Shown: positions 47,949 through 57,636, counted from the first letter of the stretch. The stretch is 64,000 nucleotides of DNA from Nanohaloarchaea archaeon B1-Br10_U2g1 (GCA_001563875.1 LKMN01000002.1:11324-75323), one strand, 5' to 3'. Notes: generated from the sequence alone by a model not told the origin. Translations and numbers: made by a program.

Positions 47949-48649
47949 TACTCGTCACCTACGTACTCGCCTTTCTGCCTTCTGAAAGGTTTTTCATCCA
48001 TCTCCTCTCTTACATGAGCTACTATTCCCGGAGTCCTTGCAATTATGAAGAATCCTTTGCCTAGTTCTGGCTCCCAGCCCATATCAGTCATGACGGCGGC
48101 AATGGCTCCATCAACATTTAAGACAAGATCGGTTTTTTGCTCAGCGAACCTATCTCTTATTCTAGTCATCTTTTCCGTTGCCTCTCCGGATAGACCGAGA
48201 TTATCTGCCTCCTCTAGTATCTTAGTTGCTCTTGGATCCTCTTCTCGGTAAATCTTATGCCCTATACCTGGTATACGGTTTTCATTCTCTAGATAGGTCT
48301 CAACTATTTTTTCCGGTGATCTGTTATCGCTAAGTATCTGCATAGCCTCCTCTATGGCTCCGCCATGTGAATTACCTAACGCCAGTATTCCTGCGGCCAC
48401 GCTCGTATTCATCTCGTTGCCCCCGCTCTGAACGGTTCTGGCAGAGACCGTACTAGGATTGCCTATACCGTGATCGATCGATGACGAAAGTATAGTGTTG
48501 AAAAGCTCTGACTCCTTTTCTGAAGGTTTTTCACCTTTTAGTATCAGCCATATTGCGTCAGAGAAATCCATATCCATTACGTCTTCCAAGGGTTTTCCTC
48601 TGATTACCGCGTCCTCTCCTTCAGAAGAAACAGATGTTTCCCAGCTCAT
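47948..48649 (-). CDS. Citryl-CoA lyase (citrate synthase-like domain)
   Basis: 'WETSVS', 'IRG', 'DHG', 'HGGAIE', 'IPGIGH', 'DPR', 'NVDGAIA', 'ARTPGIVAH'; short stand-alone form. Confidence 0.9.
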   Translation of the reverse strand: MSWETSVSSEGEDAVIRGKPLEDVMDMDFSDAIWLILKGEKPSEKESELFNTILSSSIDHGIGNPSTVSARTVQSGGNEMNTSVAAGILALGNSHGGAIEEAMQILSDNRSPEKIVETYLENENRIPGIGHKIYREEDPRATKILEEADNLGLSGEATEKMTRIRDRFAEQKTDLVLNVDGAIAAVMTDMGWEPELGKGFFIIARTPGIVAHVREEMDEKPFRRQKGEYVGDE

Positions 48650-48710
48650 ACTATTTTCTTGAGAACCTTGTCCGTAAATATTTAACCAAGATAGGCCTTA
48701 GTTTTCTTCA

Positions 48711-49871
48711 GTGGTATGGGACAAGAATACTGTGGTTTACCAAGTTTTTATCGATCGTTTTGCCGGTTTCGAATCTGAAGAAGGCTGGGACGAACCAGAG
48801 TTTCTTGGAGGTAGTTTAGAAGGTGTCTATAATAAACTGGATTATTTGGAAGATCTACGTGTTGATGTTATCTGGCTTTCACCTTTTTACGAGACCAGTG
48901 CCTACCACGGATACCATATAACAGATTTCTTCAGTGTTGATCCCAATTTTGGAACAGAAGAGGATTTGGAAAACATTATTGAAGAGGCTCATAGTAGAGA
49001 TATTGAAGTTATCGCAGACTTTGTTCCTAACCATTTATCGCATAAACATCCTTACTTTGTAGAAGCGCAGGAAAACCTAGACAGCGAATATCATGACTGG
49101 TTTTACTGGAATGACTGGCCGGACAACTATCTCTGTTTCCTAGAGTTTGAAGAGTTACCTAAGATAAATTTGGATAATACTGAAGCTCGAGAACATATCA
49201 TCAAAGCTGCAGAGTACTGGCTAGATAAAGGATTGGACGGTTACAGGCTCGACCATGTAGAAGGACCTAGTAACAATTTCTGGGAAGAATTCCACACACG
49301 TCTAAAACAAGAGTATCCTGACAGAACTTTTATCGGAGAGGTATGGATGAGAGGTATCAAGTATAGAGAGCTTGAAACACTTCTTACCTCGTATAAGCGA
49401 TTTAAATGGTTTGTACAGCAGTTTGTCGGCGCTCCACCAACTTTCCACCAGAAAAGCTACATAGGCTTGATGGATGGTTTACTAGACTTTAGAGCTAAAA
49501 GACTGATAGATAGGTACGTACGATACAACTCCAAAATTACCAAAAAAGTTGTTAAAACGGCGTTGAAGCTTCATTACTCAAGATTTCCTGACAACTTCTA
49601 TCTACCTGTCTTCTTGGATAACCATGATATGAACCGGTTTCTCTACAGGTTTGAAGACGATAAAGATAAGCTAGTTGAAGCTTTAGAGCTACAGCTAGAT
49701 CTTGGTCAGCCTACAATAATTTATTACGGTACTGAAGTAGGTCTCTCACATAGTAAGGGACTGGAAGAGGGTGAAGAGCATGGAGATTTACAGGCTAGAA
49801 GGCCGATGAAATGGGAAGACCAGGATGAAGAACTTCTAAAATCCTTCAGAGACAGACTAAACAGAGATTAA
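48711..49871 (+). CDS. GH13 alpha-amylase / neopullulanase-like glycosidase
   Basis: 'YQVFIDRF', 'YHGY', 'DFVPNH', catalytic 'RLDH', 'GEVW', 'FLDNHD', 'YYGTE'. Confidence 0.93.
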   Translation: MVWDKNTVVYQVFIDRFAGFESEEGWDEPEFLGGSLEGVYNKLDYLEDLRVDVIWLSPFYETSAYHGYHITDFFSVDPNFGTEEDLENIIEEAHSRDIEVIADFVPNHLSHKHPYFVEAQENLDSEYHDWFYWNDWPDNYLCFLEFEELPKINLDNTEAREHIIKAAEYWLDKGLDGYRLDHVEGPSNNFWEEFHTRLKQEYPDRTFIGEVWMRGIKYRELETLLTSYKRFKWFVQQFVGAPPTFHQKSYIGLMDGLLDFRAKRLIDRYVRYNSKITKKVVKTALKLHYSRFPDNFYLPVFLDNHDMNRFLYRFEDDKDKLVEALELQLDLGQPTIIYYGTEVGLSHSKGLEEGEEHGDLQARRPMKWEDQDEELLKSFRDRLNRD

Positions 49872-50761
49872 TCCAAGATCTTCTCTAAACTACTGCCTAT
49901 CCTGTGATGGAGATCAACTACATGTGCCCCAGCACTTTCTAAGGCTTTTTTCTTGTTGCTTGGGTTTCCTCTGTCTCCTCTGATTATGGCTCCGGCATGG
50001 CCGTAACTTCTTGAGGGTAACTCTTCCGTGAACTCTCCTGCGATAAAACAGACTAAGGGCTTTGTGAACTTTCCAGCTTCAAGAAGCTCTGCAGCTTTTT
50101 CTTCGTATGTGCCTCCGAGCTCTCCATACATTACTACCGCTTCAGTCCGGTCATCGTCTTCAAACAGTTTTAGCGCATCTTCAAACGTAGTGCCTGAGAT
50201 TACATCTCCTCCAAGACCTATGGCTGTTGATATGCCGTATCCTTTCTGTCTTAAAACCCAGGCGGTTTCTGTCGTCATTCCCCCGCTTTTGGAGATTACA
50301 CCGATCTTTCCAGGCTTGTAAACTTTCTCAGGTTCAGAGCCGCCTATCGGGCCGATCTTTGTCTTTCCTGGAGATATTATCCCTATTGACGAAGGACCAA
50401 CCACCCGGACCTCTTTTTCCTGTGCTCTTCTGTATATTTCCCAGGTGTCTTTGACCGGTATTCTCTCCGTTATTATATTGATTAAAGGTATTTCGTTTTC
50501 TATTGCTTCCAGTGCTGCATCTTTTGCGGCAAAATTTGGAACATAGATAAGTGAGGCATTGATCTCCGGATGGCTGTCTAAGGCCTCCCGGACCGTGTTG
50601 TAAACAGGCACACCTTCAACTTCTTGCCCTGCTTTACCCGGAGTGACGCCTGCAACTACCTCGGTCCCGTATTCTTGCATTTCCGGCACCTTTTCTCTTG
50701 CCTCTCTTCCTGTTATTCCTTGAACAAGTAGACGTATATCTTCTTCAGCCAGTATACTCAA
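49868..50761 (-). CDS. CoA-binding alpha subunit (SucD / AclA N-part / citryl-CoA synthetase small subunit)
   Basis: 'QGITG', 'GVTPGK', 'GPSSIG', 'SKSGGM', 'GELGG', phospho-His 'GHAGA'. Confidence 0.88.
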   Translation of the reverse strand: MSILAEEDIRLLVQGITGREAREKVPEMQEYGTEVVAGVTPGKAGQEVEGVPVYNTVREALDSHPEINASLIYVPNFAAKDAALEAIENEIPLINIITERIPVKDTWEIYRRAQEKEVRVVGPSSIGIISPGKTKIGPIGGSEPEKVYKPGKIGVISKSGGMTTETAWVLRQKGYGISTAIGLGGDVISGTTFEDALKLFEDDDRTEAVVMYGELGGTYEEKAAELLEAGKFTKPLVCFIAGEFTEELPSRSYGHAGAIIRGDRGNPSNKKKALESAGAHVVDLHHRIGSSLEKILD

Positions 50762-51401
50762 CCTTTTTCTCCTCCAGTTTTTGAATTGAGTTTCTTACAG
50801 ATTTAACCGTTGGAACCTTTATTGAGACTTTGTCATATTCTGTTCCGAAAGTATTGTATCCTCTTACCCATACAAAATTCATTCCTACATCTTGAGCCGC
50901 TTTATCACGAACTACATTGTTTCCGAAGTAGACAAATTTTTCTGAGTGTTCTTTTCTCTTCTCCAAGAAAGCTTGGAATATTTCCTTATCAGGCTTTTCA
51001 ACTCCAACCTCCTCTGAAACCACAAAACCGTTGTAAGGAACTTTGTTTTCCTCTAAAAGCCTCCGAAACCATTTCTTTCCTTTAATAGAGTTGTCGCTTA
51101 TGAACCCTATTTCTCCAAACTCTTTGGAACAGTTTTTCAGGAACCTGAAGACATTGTTCCGTTTCAGGAAATTTTCTTCCTTATTTTTGTAACGTTTGAC
51201 TATCTTTTCAGCGCTGGCTCCTACACCGTTTTTATCGAGGTATCTTCTCACGTCAGAAGTGTTGTATATTCTAAAGTTGTTTACGTCGAACTCTGGAGGT
51301 TCACCTCCATTCTCTTCAACTACTTCTTTTACTGTCTCGTTTTGAAGTCTGTAACACGGCATTAACGTGTCCCCTATATCGAAAACCGGTATTTTACTCA
51401 T
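50745..51401 (-). CDS. HAD family hydrolase
   Basis: 'FDIGDTL', 'ISDN', 'SEEVGVEKPDKEIF', 'GNNVVRD'. Confidence 0.85.
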   Translation of the reverse strand: MSKIPVFDIGDTLMPCYRLQNETVKEVVEENGGEPPEFDVNNFRIYNTSDVRRYLDKNGVGASAEKIVKRYKNKEENFLKRNNVFRFLKNCSKEFGEIGFISDNSIKGKKWFRRLLEENKVPYNGFVVSEEVGVEKPDKEIFQAFLEKRKEHSEKFVYFGNNVVRDKAAQDVGMNFVWVRGYNTFGTEYDKVSIKVPTVKSVRNSIQKLEEKKVEYTG

Positions 51402-52515
51402 TTTTTATCATCCTCATCAATGTTTCAGCAGTCTCAGTCATAGTTGTGTCGTTCCTGTAAAGTTTCATATTAAGATCTAGCTCTTCTCGGGTTTTACGTA
51501 AAAGTTTGAATGCTTTGTCTGCGTTTGGCCCATCTCTTCTTACAACTATAGGATAATCCGGCTCTTCTTCTCTGAGAGCTTGACAGAACCCTTTCATCGT
51601 CCTGTGTATATCGGTGTTGTTGGCTGTACCTCCTACATGCCATAAACCTTTCAGACCTTGTCTAGAGATTATAATCTTTGAAAGACGGTATATCTTCTCC
51701 GTTGGAGGGTTTCCGCCGTACTCTGTATAGTTAGCTGGTTTTCCGCCATACTGTATCAAAGCATCCATATTAGTTAGCGATGCCCCGCCTCCCGCCAACA
51801 TCATACCTATATTGCCTTCTAGCTCAGTATATTTTCCTGCTATACCTCTGTGATCATTCTCATCTATTTTTTCTGCTTCTACCTCTCTTTCCGTTTTTTC
51901 ACGCGGAAACTCTGAGCGTTCCGGGAATTCCCGGCTGTGACGGTAAGCTGCATCACTATCGAGGTCCATCATTGCGTCCAGAACCTTGAAGCCTTCTTCT
52001 GTCTTTGCTAAGGGATTTATCTCTATCATACGAGCATCTTCCTCAAAGAAACATTTACATGCACGGTAAACTGTGTCTGAAAGCTTTCTGAGATCTTTAT
52101 TATCTACTTTTATTTGGTTCAGAAACTGTCTGATTCTATGTCTCTCTAGTTCTTCAATCTCAAGCCTTTCAACCTCTCTCTTCTCGACACCGGTTCCTCC
52201 TTCTCTACCGAATACAATTACCGGTTTCCTAACATCTGTATCGTATAGAACGGCTAGATATAGCTCGTTTTCATGCTCTATTTTTTCCTCTATAAGGACA
52301 TCTTCTACATTATAGCCTTTGATAGAGGAGCCTTTCATTTCTTCAGCAATCTTTTCCGCGTCTTTCCTGCTGTCCGCAAACTTTATACCGCCATGTTTCT
52401 TCCTGTTCTCGGTTAATACCTGTGCCTTTACTACAAAGCTTTCTCCTTCTTTACCCGGAGTTTCAAGCCCGTATCTATCAAGTAGTTTCTTAGCCTCGTA
52501 CTCGTAAAGCCTCAC
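51394..52515 (-). CDS. ATP-grasp beta subunit with ATP-citrate-lyase citrate-binding domain (AclB-like)
   Basis: 'LYEYEAK', 'EINPL', then ACL-type 'AGGGAS', 'ANYTEYGGNP', 'GGTANNTD', 'VRRDGPN'. Confidence 0.85.
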   Translation of the reverse strand: MRLYEYEAKKLLDRYGLETPGKEGESFVVKAQVLTENRKKHGGIKFADSRKDAEKIAEEMKGSSIKGYNVEDVLIEEKIEHENELYLAVLYDTDVRKPVIVFGREGGTGVEKREVERLEIEELERHRIRQFLNQIKVDNKDLRKLSDTVYRACKCFFEEDARMIEINPLAKTEEGFKVLDAMMDLDSDAAYRHSREFPERSEFPREKTEREVEAEKIDENDHRGIAGKYTELEGNIGMMLAGGGASLTNMDALIQYGGKPANYTEYGGNPPTEKIYRLSKIIISRQGLKGLWHVGGTANNTDIHRTMKGFCQALREEEPDYPIVVRRDGPNADKAFKLLRKTREELDLNMKLYRNDTTMTETAETLMRMIKNE

Positions 52516-52566
52516 ATATAGATCTAAATCTCAAAATGTATAAAGTCTCTAGAACTGAGTTTCTCT

Positions 52567-53079
52567 ATGGTCTATACAGGTAGAGGTGATAGAGGTAGGA
52601 CTGACTTGTCTTCAGGAGAGCGTGTTTCAAAAAACTCTGAAAGGATTGACGCTTATGGAACTTTAGATGAGCTGAACTCTATCCTAGGTCTCTGTGCAGT
52701 ATATGGTAAACAAGACGGAGTTGAAAAAATCCAAAACGAGCTACATATACTACAGGCAGAGCTTGCTAACCGTGAGCCAGATACCAAGATAACCCAGGAA
52801 GATGTTGATAGATTAGAAGACCGCTGTGATTACTACCAGAGAGAATGTCCTCCTCTAAGGGACTTTATCCTGGCAGGTGGCTGTGAGTCCGCAGCTCACT
52901 TACACCACGGCAGAAGTGTAGCCCGAAGAGCAGAAAGACGTATAGTGGCACTTGATGAAAAGGAACAGGTAAGGGAAGAGGTTTTGACCTATATTAACAG
53001 GCTTAGCGATCTTCTGTTTCTTATGGCGCGTCATGAAAACTCTCTGAAAGACGTTGAAGAGAAGAATCCTGACTACTAA
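52567..53079 (+). CDS. PduO-type cob(I)alamin adenosyltransferase
   Basis: 'YTGRGDRGRT', 'AYGTLDELNS', 'FILAGG', 'RRAERR', 'NRLSDLLF'. Confidence 0.93.
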   Translation: MVYTGRGDRGRTDLSSGERVSKNSERIDAYGTLDELNSILGLCAVYGKQDGVEKIQNELHILQAELANREPDTKITQEDVDRLEDRCDYYQRECPPLRDFILAGGCESAAHLHHGRSVARRAERRIVALDEKEQVREEVLTYINRLSDLLFLMARHENSLKDVEEKNPDY

Positions 53080-53111
53080 GGACTGGTCAATATGAGACTC
53101 CGTTCATCTCA

Positions 53112-53858
53112 TTAAAGCTGCTTGTTCCATTCTTCCGTGGAAAACTTGTTCTCTGCTAGTTTTTTAGCCTCTTCTATCTCTTCTTGTGTGAGAGAGCCTT
53201 CTTCCCAGTTCTTATTCTCTGTAAATTTCTCAATAAGTTTCTGTACTACTTCCTCTCGAGAATGGTCTGTATGGTCGGAGATCCTTGAAACTCTTTTCTC
53301 TGCTGATTTAATGGCTTTATCAGATACTTTTTCTTTACCTATTCTTAGTGCTTTGAGCATTCTCTTAGTGTTTAAATCGTAGCTCATCATAGTGTGGTGT
53401 AGAACCGCGTTTCCTTTACGTGTTTGAGCTGCTCCCCCAAGTTTGCCTTCCGGATGCTCTATATCATTTAAAGGCTTGTACTCTGCCGCTACTCCAAGCT
53501 CGTTAAGTGCTCTTACCGCAAACTTGTCAAGCTCTTGGTAGCTTTTCTCTATGTCTCCGTCCACTTCGTCTCTAGGGACATATATCGAGTAGGTGATAAC
53601 GTTTCCAGGTTCTGAGAACATTGCACCTCCTCCTGTAATTCTTCTAACGACTTCTATACCATTCTCGTCTACATAATCTTGCTGTACCTCATCACGGTAT
53701 GACTGGAATCTTCCCATAGGTATACTCGTGTTTTCTCGGTACCAGAACCTTAGAGTAGGTTGTATTTCTCCTTCATCTATTTTATTGGTTAAAACTTCCT
53801 CTATCGCCTGATGCATTGGTTCAGAGTATTTGCCTTCGTTTATAACTCTCCATTTCAT
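53112..53858 (-). CDS. Lipoate-protein ligase catalytic subunit (LplA-N)
   Basis: 'PTLRFW', 'GRFQS', 'RRITGGGA', 'PLND', 'KLGGAAQ', 'LHH'. Confidence 0.92.
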   Translation of the reverse strand: MKWRVINEGKYSEPMHQAIEEVLTNKIDEGEIQPTLRFWYRENTSIPMGRFQSYRDEVQQDYVDENGIEVVRRITGGGAMFSEPGNVITYSIYVPRDEVDGDIEKSYQELDKFAVRALNELGVAAEYKPLNDIEHPEGKLGGAAQTRKGNAVLHHTMMSYDLNTKRMLKALRIGKEKVSDKAIKSAEKRVSRISDHTDHSREEVVQKLIEKFTENKNWEEGSLTQEEIEEAKKLAENKFSTEEWNKQL

Positions 53859-54130
53859 TTTTCGTCACCTACAGACTGTTTAACTGCTTCCGCTATATCT
53901 TTTCTCGAGAAACCTATTAGTTCGGCTTCAACAGTTTCCAGTTTTTCAACCATCCTTTCCTTACTGCAACCTTTATTTAAACCCTTTAGACTGTTCTCTA
54001 GTTCTTGGAGTGCTTCTGGAGGTTCGATAAAGAAATCTCCTCTTATTTTGACATCTTGAAAACTGTTTTCGCCCTCTGTTTCAACGTTCACCAGTTTACC
54101 GTCCGGAACTTTTACCGAAGCCTTTCCCAT
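53855..54130 (-). CDS. Lipoate-protein ligase accessory C-terminal subunit (LplB-like)
   Basis: 'KVPDGKLV', 'IRGDFFIEP', 'LENSL'; ATGA overlap with LplA-N. Confidence 0.88.
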   Translation of the reverse strand: MGKASVKVPDGKLVNVETEGENSFQDVKIRGDFFIEPPEALQELENSLKGLNKGCSKERMVEKLETVEAELIGFSRKDIAEAVKQSVGDEK

Positions 54131-54185
54131 AGAGTACTGTAAAATTAGCGGAACTATTATACTTTAGTAAATCTCTCGGTTCTAT

Positions 54186-54938
54186 ATGCCCAAAGTAGGA
54201 GACGAGATATTCTATGAAAAAATGAAGGGTGAAGGACGTCCTCTAGTATTCATACACGGATGGTTAGGATCTCATAAATCTTGGAAAATGGTTGACAAAA
54301 ATCTAGACCTAGATAATCCACGAATTTTCTACGATCTCAGATGTCACGGTAATTCACGGTGCACAACGTTCAGTTTTGAAACACTGGCAGAAGATCTAGA
54401 AAAACTTCTGGACACCTTAGATATTGATAACCCTGTTTTAATCGGTCACTCTATGGGCGGAATGGTTGCATTAACATATACAACGATTTACGACAATTTT
54501 TCCGGCCTCTTCCTTGTAGGAACCTCTGCTTCCACACCAGAACCTGAGAACAAGTCTCCTCGTTTCTTCCTCGAAAAGTTCGGATCAATCAACAGAACCA
54601 CATGGGCAGAACTAATTGTTGAAAACTATGCTCCGGAAACCGAGCACCCTGAACTTAAAAGCATGGTTCTTAGAGAACTCGTACACGCTAATGATACAGA
54701 GATAATCTATTCTCTGGGATCGATGCTAGAGTACGATGTAAGAGAGGAAGTCAGTGAGATCGAAGAGCCTAAAACTGTTGTAGCTGGAGAGAATGACGGA
54801 GCGATAACAATGGATAAGTCAAGGGAGCTCGCAAATCTTTTAGACTGTCCTCTGAAAAAGATAGACTCTTCTCATCTCATGTTACAGGAGAAACCCGGAG
54901 AAGTTGCAGAACTGCTTGAAGAGTTTCTAAGTCAGTAG
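54186..54938 (+). CDS. Alpha/beta hydrolase
   Basis: 'FIHGW', 'DLRCHG', nucleophile GHSMGG, 'GEND', 'SSH'. Confidence 0.92.
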   Translation: MPKVGDEIFYEKMKGEGRPLVFIHGWLGSHKSWKMVDKNLDLDNPRIFYDLRCHGNSRCTTFSFETLAEDLEKLLDTLDIDNPVLIGHSMGGMVALTYTTIYDNFSGLFLVGTSASTPEPENKSPRFFLEKFGSINRTTWAELIVENYAPETEHPELKSMVLRELVHANDTEIIYSLGSMLEYDVREEVSEIEEPKTVVAGENDGAITMDKSRELANLLDCPLKKIDSSHLMLQEKPGEVAELLEEFLSQ

Positions 54939-55744
54939 AATCCTTTCTCATCTCTTTCAACAAAGCAGTGTCCTTTATTTTCATCAAGACACTGATCAGA
55001 ACGTTTAATCCATGATTCATTACCGTACTTTGTCTCCACTAATTCTTCAACTCTTTCAGAGTATTCTTCTACAGGGTTGAGGTATTCGAAGTTGTCTCCA
55101 GCGAACCTGTCGATAAGAATATCTGTAACCTCATATCTGTCAGCTTTGCCGGTTTCAGTTTTTACGGAGGGAAGACTTTCTATGAACTCGGCTTCATCCT
55201 CTCTTAGCGACATATTCTGTTCTAAAAGCTGTGTATCCCATGAATCCAAACAAATCACTCCGTGACAGAGTATTGATCCGTTCTTTCTCCATAAACTGTT
55301 ACCGACAACAGTCTTGTTCAGCTGTTCTCTTTTACCGTAACGTATTGCCGAGTACTTTTTCTCAACCTCAAGAAGATCTTCCTCAAACCCTAGACCGGAC
55401 AGAACTTCTCTCAACTCCTGTCCGACAACATCTTTGAAGAACTGGTCCTTATCACTGTAGCTTGTGGGCACACTCACACTATAAGCTAAACCATTCTCCA
55501 GACACGGTATGGTAGATCCAGCGGTTTCACACCGGGTATAATCAAAACCTGACTCTACAGCCTTTTCTATATCCTTGTAAGGAGTTCTACGCGCAAGCAC
55601 AAATGAAGGTTCTTCAAAACCCATAACCCTGAGATAACTCTCCTTCTCACTACGTGTTCTTTCCAGAACTAGTTCCTCTATAGCCATGTTTGTAGCGGCA
55701 TCGTAGGTACCTACATCAACATACTCTATATCCTCAAATCCCAC
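54932..55744 (-). CDS. Divergent BPL/LplA/LipB-family protein
   Basis: 'NMAIEE', 'YLR', 'RCETAGS', 'KTVVGNS', 'LCHG', 'KYGNESW'. Confidence 0.7.
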   Translation of the reverse strand: MGFEDIEYVDVGTYDAATNMAIEELVLERTRSEKESYLRVMGFEEPSFVLARRTPYKDIEKAVESGFDYTRCETAGSTIPCLENGLAYSVSVPTSYSDKDQFFKDVVGQELREVLSGLGFEEDLLEVEKKYSAIRYGKREQLNKTVVGNSLWRKNGSILCHGVICLDSWDTQLLEQNMSLREDEAEFIESLPSVKTETGKADRYEVTDILIDRFAGDNFEYLNPVEEYSERVEELVETKYGNESWIKRSDQCLDENKGHCFVERDEKGFY

Positions 55745-55851
55745 TAATACAGGAGAACAATCTTAAGATTAAAAATAAGCTACCAATAAAGTTCGAACAC
55801 CTTACTCAACCTGTTATAAAAATAATTATCCAACCCGTAAACAACAGTTAA

Positions 55852-55934
55852 GCGAGGGTAACCAAGTGGTCAAAGGTGCAGCGTTGAGGGCGCTGTCTCG
55901 TAGGAGTTCCGGGGTTCGAATCCTCGCTCTCGCA
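55852..55934 (+). tRNA. tRNA-Leu(GAG)
   Basis: GCGAGGG/CTCTCGC acceptor, CAGCG-TTGAGGG-CGCTG anticodon arm, long variable arm, TTCGAAT. Confidence 0.95.
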
Positions 55935-55975
55935 TCAGATATTTCTACCGTTACTTCCCACCGACTTGTAGAGGA

Positions 55976-56332
55976 CTACCAGAGAGACCAGTTATCATAC
56001 CATTCGTCTATGGCTTCTTCGAAGTTGAGTCCGTATGGGCTTGCATTAGACGGAAAGCTGTCCAGAGACATTCCTTGGGACTCTCTCTTGTACAGTAGTT
56101 CTCTATCTACAAGATCCTTCAATCCTTCTCTCTTTTCGTTATTGTTCTTACTGACAATTTCAAGCAACTCTTTTTTCATTTGCTCGTCTTGTTTCTCTAG
56201 TAGATAGTCTACAACTTCTTCCTGATATCTATCTAGTTGATGTTCCTCTAGTTCTTCTCTGTATTCTTCTTCTGTCTCCTCTATAGGTTCGAGCTTGAAC
56301 CTTTGGTAAGGAGTTACTTTATCTGACATCAT
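55976..56332 (-). CDS. Hypothetical acidic protein (ORFan)
   Basis: 118 aa, convergent on tRNA-Leu(GAG). Confidence 0.6.
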   Translation of the reverse strand: MMSDKVTPYQRFKLEPIEETEEEYREELEEHQLDRYQEEVVDYLLEKQDEQMKKELLEIVSKNNNEKREGLKDLVDRELLYKRESQGMSLDSFPSNASPYGLNFEEAIDEWYDNWSLW

Positions 56333-56457
56333 CTCATACGACCTCTCAGTTTGTATTGTTGACCAAATAGTAGTAAAGAATTTAAAGTGTTTCGTCTCTC
56401 GGATCTTTACATTAAGACACCATCCATTTTCTTATACTTGTTAACTGAACCAATTTC

Positions 56458-56838
56458 ATGGGCGAGCTGCCTGAACCTTTCGAGAAAGCAATCTTTTACG
56501 AGGACGACCTCCTCTATTCCTGTCTAGCGAACTACCCTAAAGCTGAAGGACATTCCGTTGTTGTATGGAAAAAGAGCGTTGACGACCTGAACCTGCTTTC
56601 ACGTGGAAATTACGAACATCTAATGGATACTGTAGACGACGTCAGAGACGCAATGATGAAGGTTTTAGACGTAGAAAAAGTTTATCTGGTTTACATGGAT
56701 GAGACTAACCACGTCCACTGGCATCTCATACCTCGTTACAACAACAAGGGATATGCTGTTCTAGAGCAGGAGCCTAACGAACTCGAAGATTTCAGTCTTG
56801 CGCAAAAGATGGAGAATGTTTTACAGGACGTCAAGTAA
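56458..56838 (+). CDS. Second HIT family protein
   Basis: 'GHSVVV', 'HVHWHLIPRY'. Confidence 0.88.
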   Translation: MGELPEPFEKAIFYEDDLLYSCLANYPKAEGHSVVVWKKSVDDLNLLSRGNYEHLMDTVDDVRDAMMKVLDVEKVYLVYMDETNHVHWHLIPRYNNKGYAVLEQEPNELEDFSLAQKMENVLQDVK

Positions 56839-56883
56839 TCCTGTACTGAACTTCTGCCAAATCAGGAAACTTTTCTGTAAGTT

Positions 56884-57636
56884 CTAGACCTTTTCTACTA
56901 TAAGATCTTGAAGACTGTCAGGAAGTTTTAGAAGAATCTTATCCAGCAGCCACGCCTCTCTTGTAATAGTATACCTAGGTTTTCCGCCTTTCTCAACTAT
57001 TTTTGCAAGCTTCTTTCCTGCTTTTCCGGGCTCCAAGCCTTTTCTTTCAGTCCCAAGTTTCTCCCTGTACTCGTCAGAATGTTCTGAGTACTCCACGAAC
57101 TTTTCTAGGTTGTCCACACCTCTCTGGTTGAAGCCTGTTTTCACCCTTCCTGGCTCCACCAGAACGACTGATACATCCTCTAGCTCACGTCTCAACGAGT
57201 CCGTAAAACCTTCGACCGCGAACTTGCTGGCAGAGTAGCCGGACAAGTATGGTAAAGCTACTTTCCCTGCTATAGAGGAAACGTTGACTATCTTACCACT
57301 TTTTTCCTTTAAGCCTGGTAAGGCTGCTTTAACCGTGTTTACGGTACCGATGAAGTTTGTTTCAATATGTTCCTCGAACTCTTTTACAGGAGCGTCTTCT
57401 ACAGCACCTTGTTTCTGTACTCCTGCACAGTTTACAAGCACATCGACTTCTCTATCTGAAAATACTTTTTTTACCTGGTTTCTGTCTGTTATATCCAGCT
57501 CTATCTTTTCTAACCTCTCCGGAAGCTTTTGTAGAGACCCCGGGTCCCTATCTATAACGGTTACGTTATGGTCTTCCAGTCTAAGAGCCGTCTCTTTACC
57601 TATGCCTTTTGCTCCTCCAACAACGACTACGTTCAT
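56884..57636 (-). CDS. Short-chain dehydrogenase/reductase
   Basis: 'GGAKGIG', 'VNCAG', 'NVSS', YSASK, 'VEPG'. ATG at 57636 overlaps the VKOR stop (TGATG). Confidence 0.93.
   Translation of the reverse strand: MNVVVVGGAKGIGKETALRLEDHNVTVIDRDPGSLQKLPERLEKIELDITDRNQVKKVFSDREVDVLVNCAGVQKQGAVEDAPVKEFEEHIETNFIGTVNTVKAALPGLKEKSGKIVNVSSIAGKVALPYLSGYSASKFAVEGFTDSLRRELEDVSVVLVEPGRVKTGFNQRGVDNLEKFVEYSEHSDEYREKLGTERKGLEPGKAGKKLAKIVEKGGKPRYTITREAWLLDKILLKLPDSLQDLIVEKV

Noticed and set aside
47948-52515. Canonical sucCD plus citrate synthase (TCA cycle)
   Set aside because: The beta subunit has ACL citrate-binding motifs, and the 233-aa protein is too short for citrate synthase.
55866-56207. 113-aa plus-strand ORF
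   Set aside because: Starts inside tRNA-Leu(GAG) and is antisense to another ORF.
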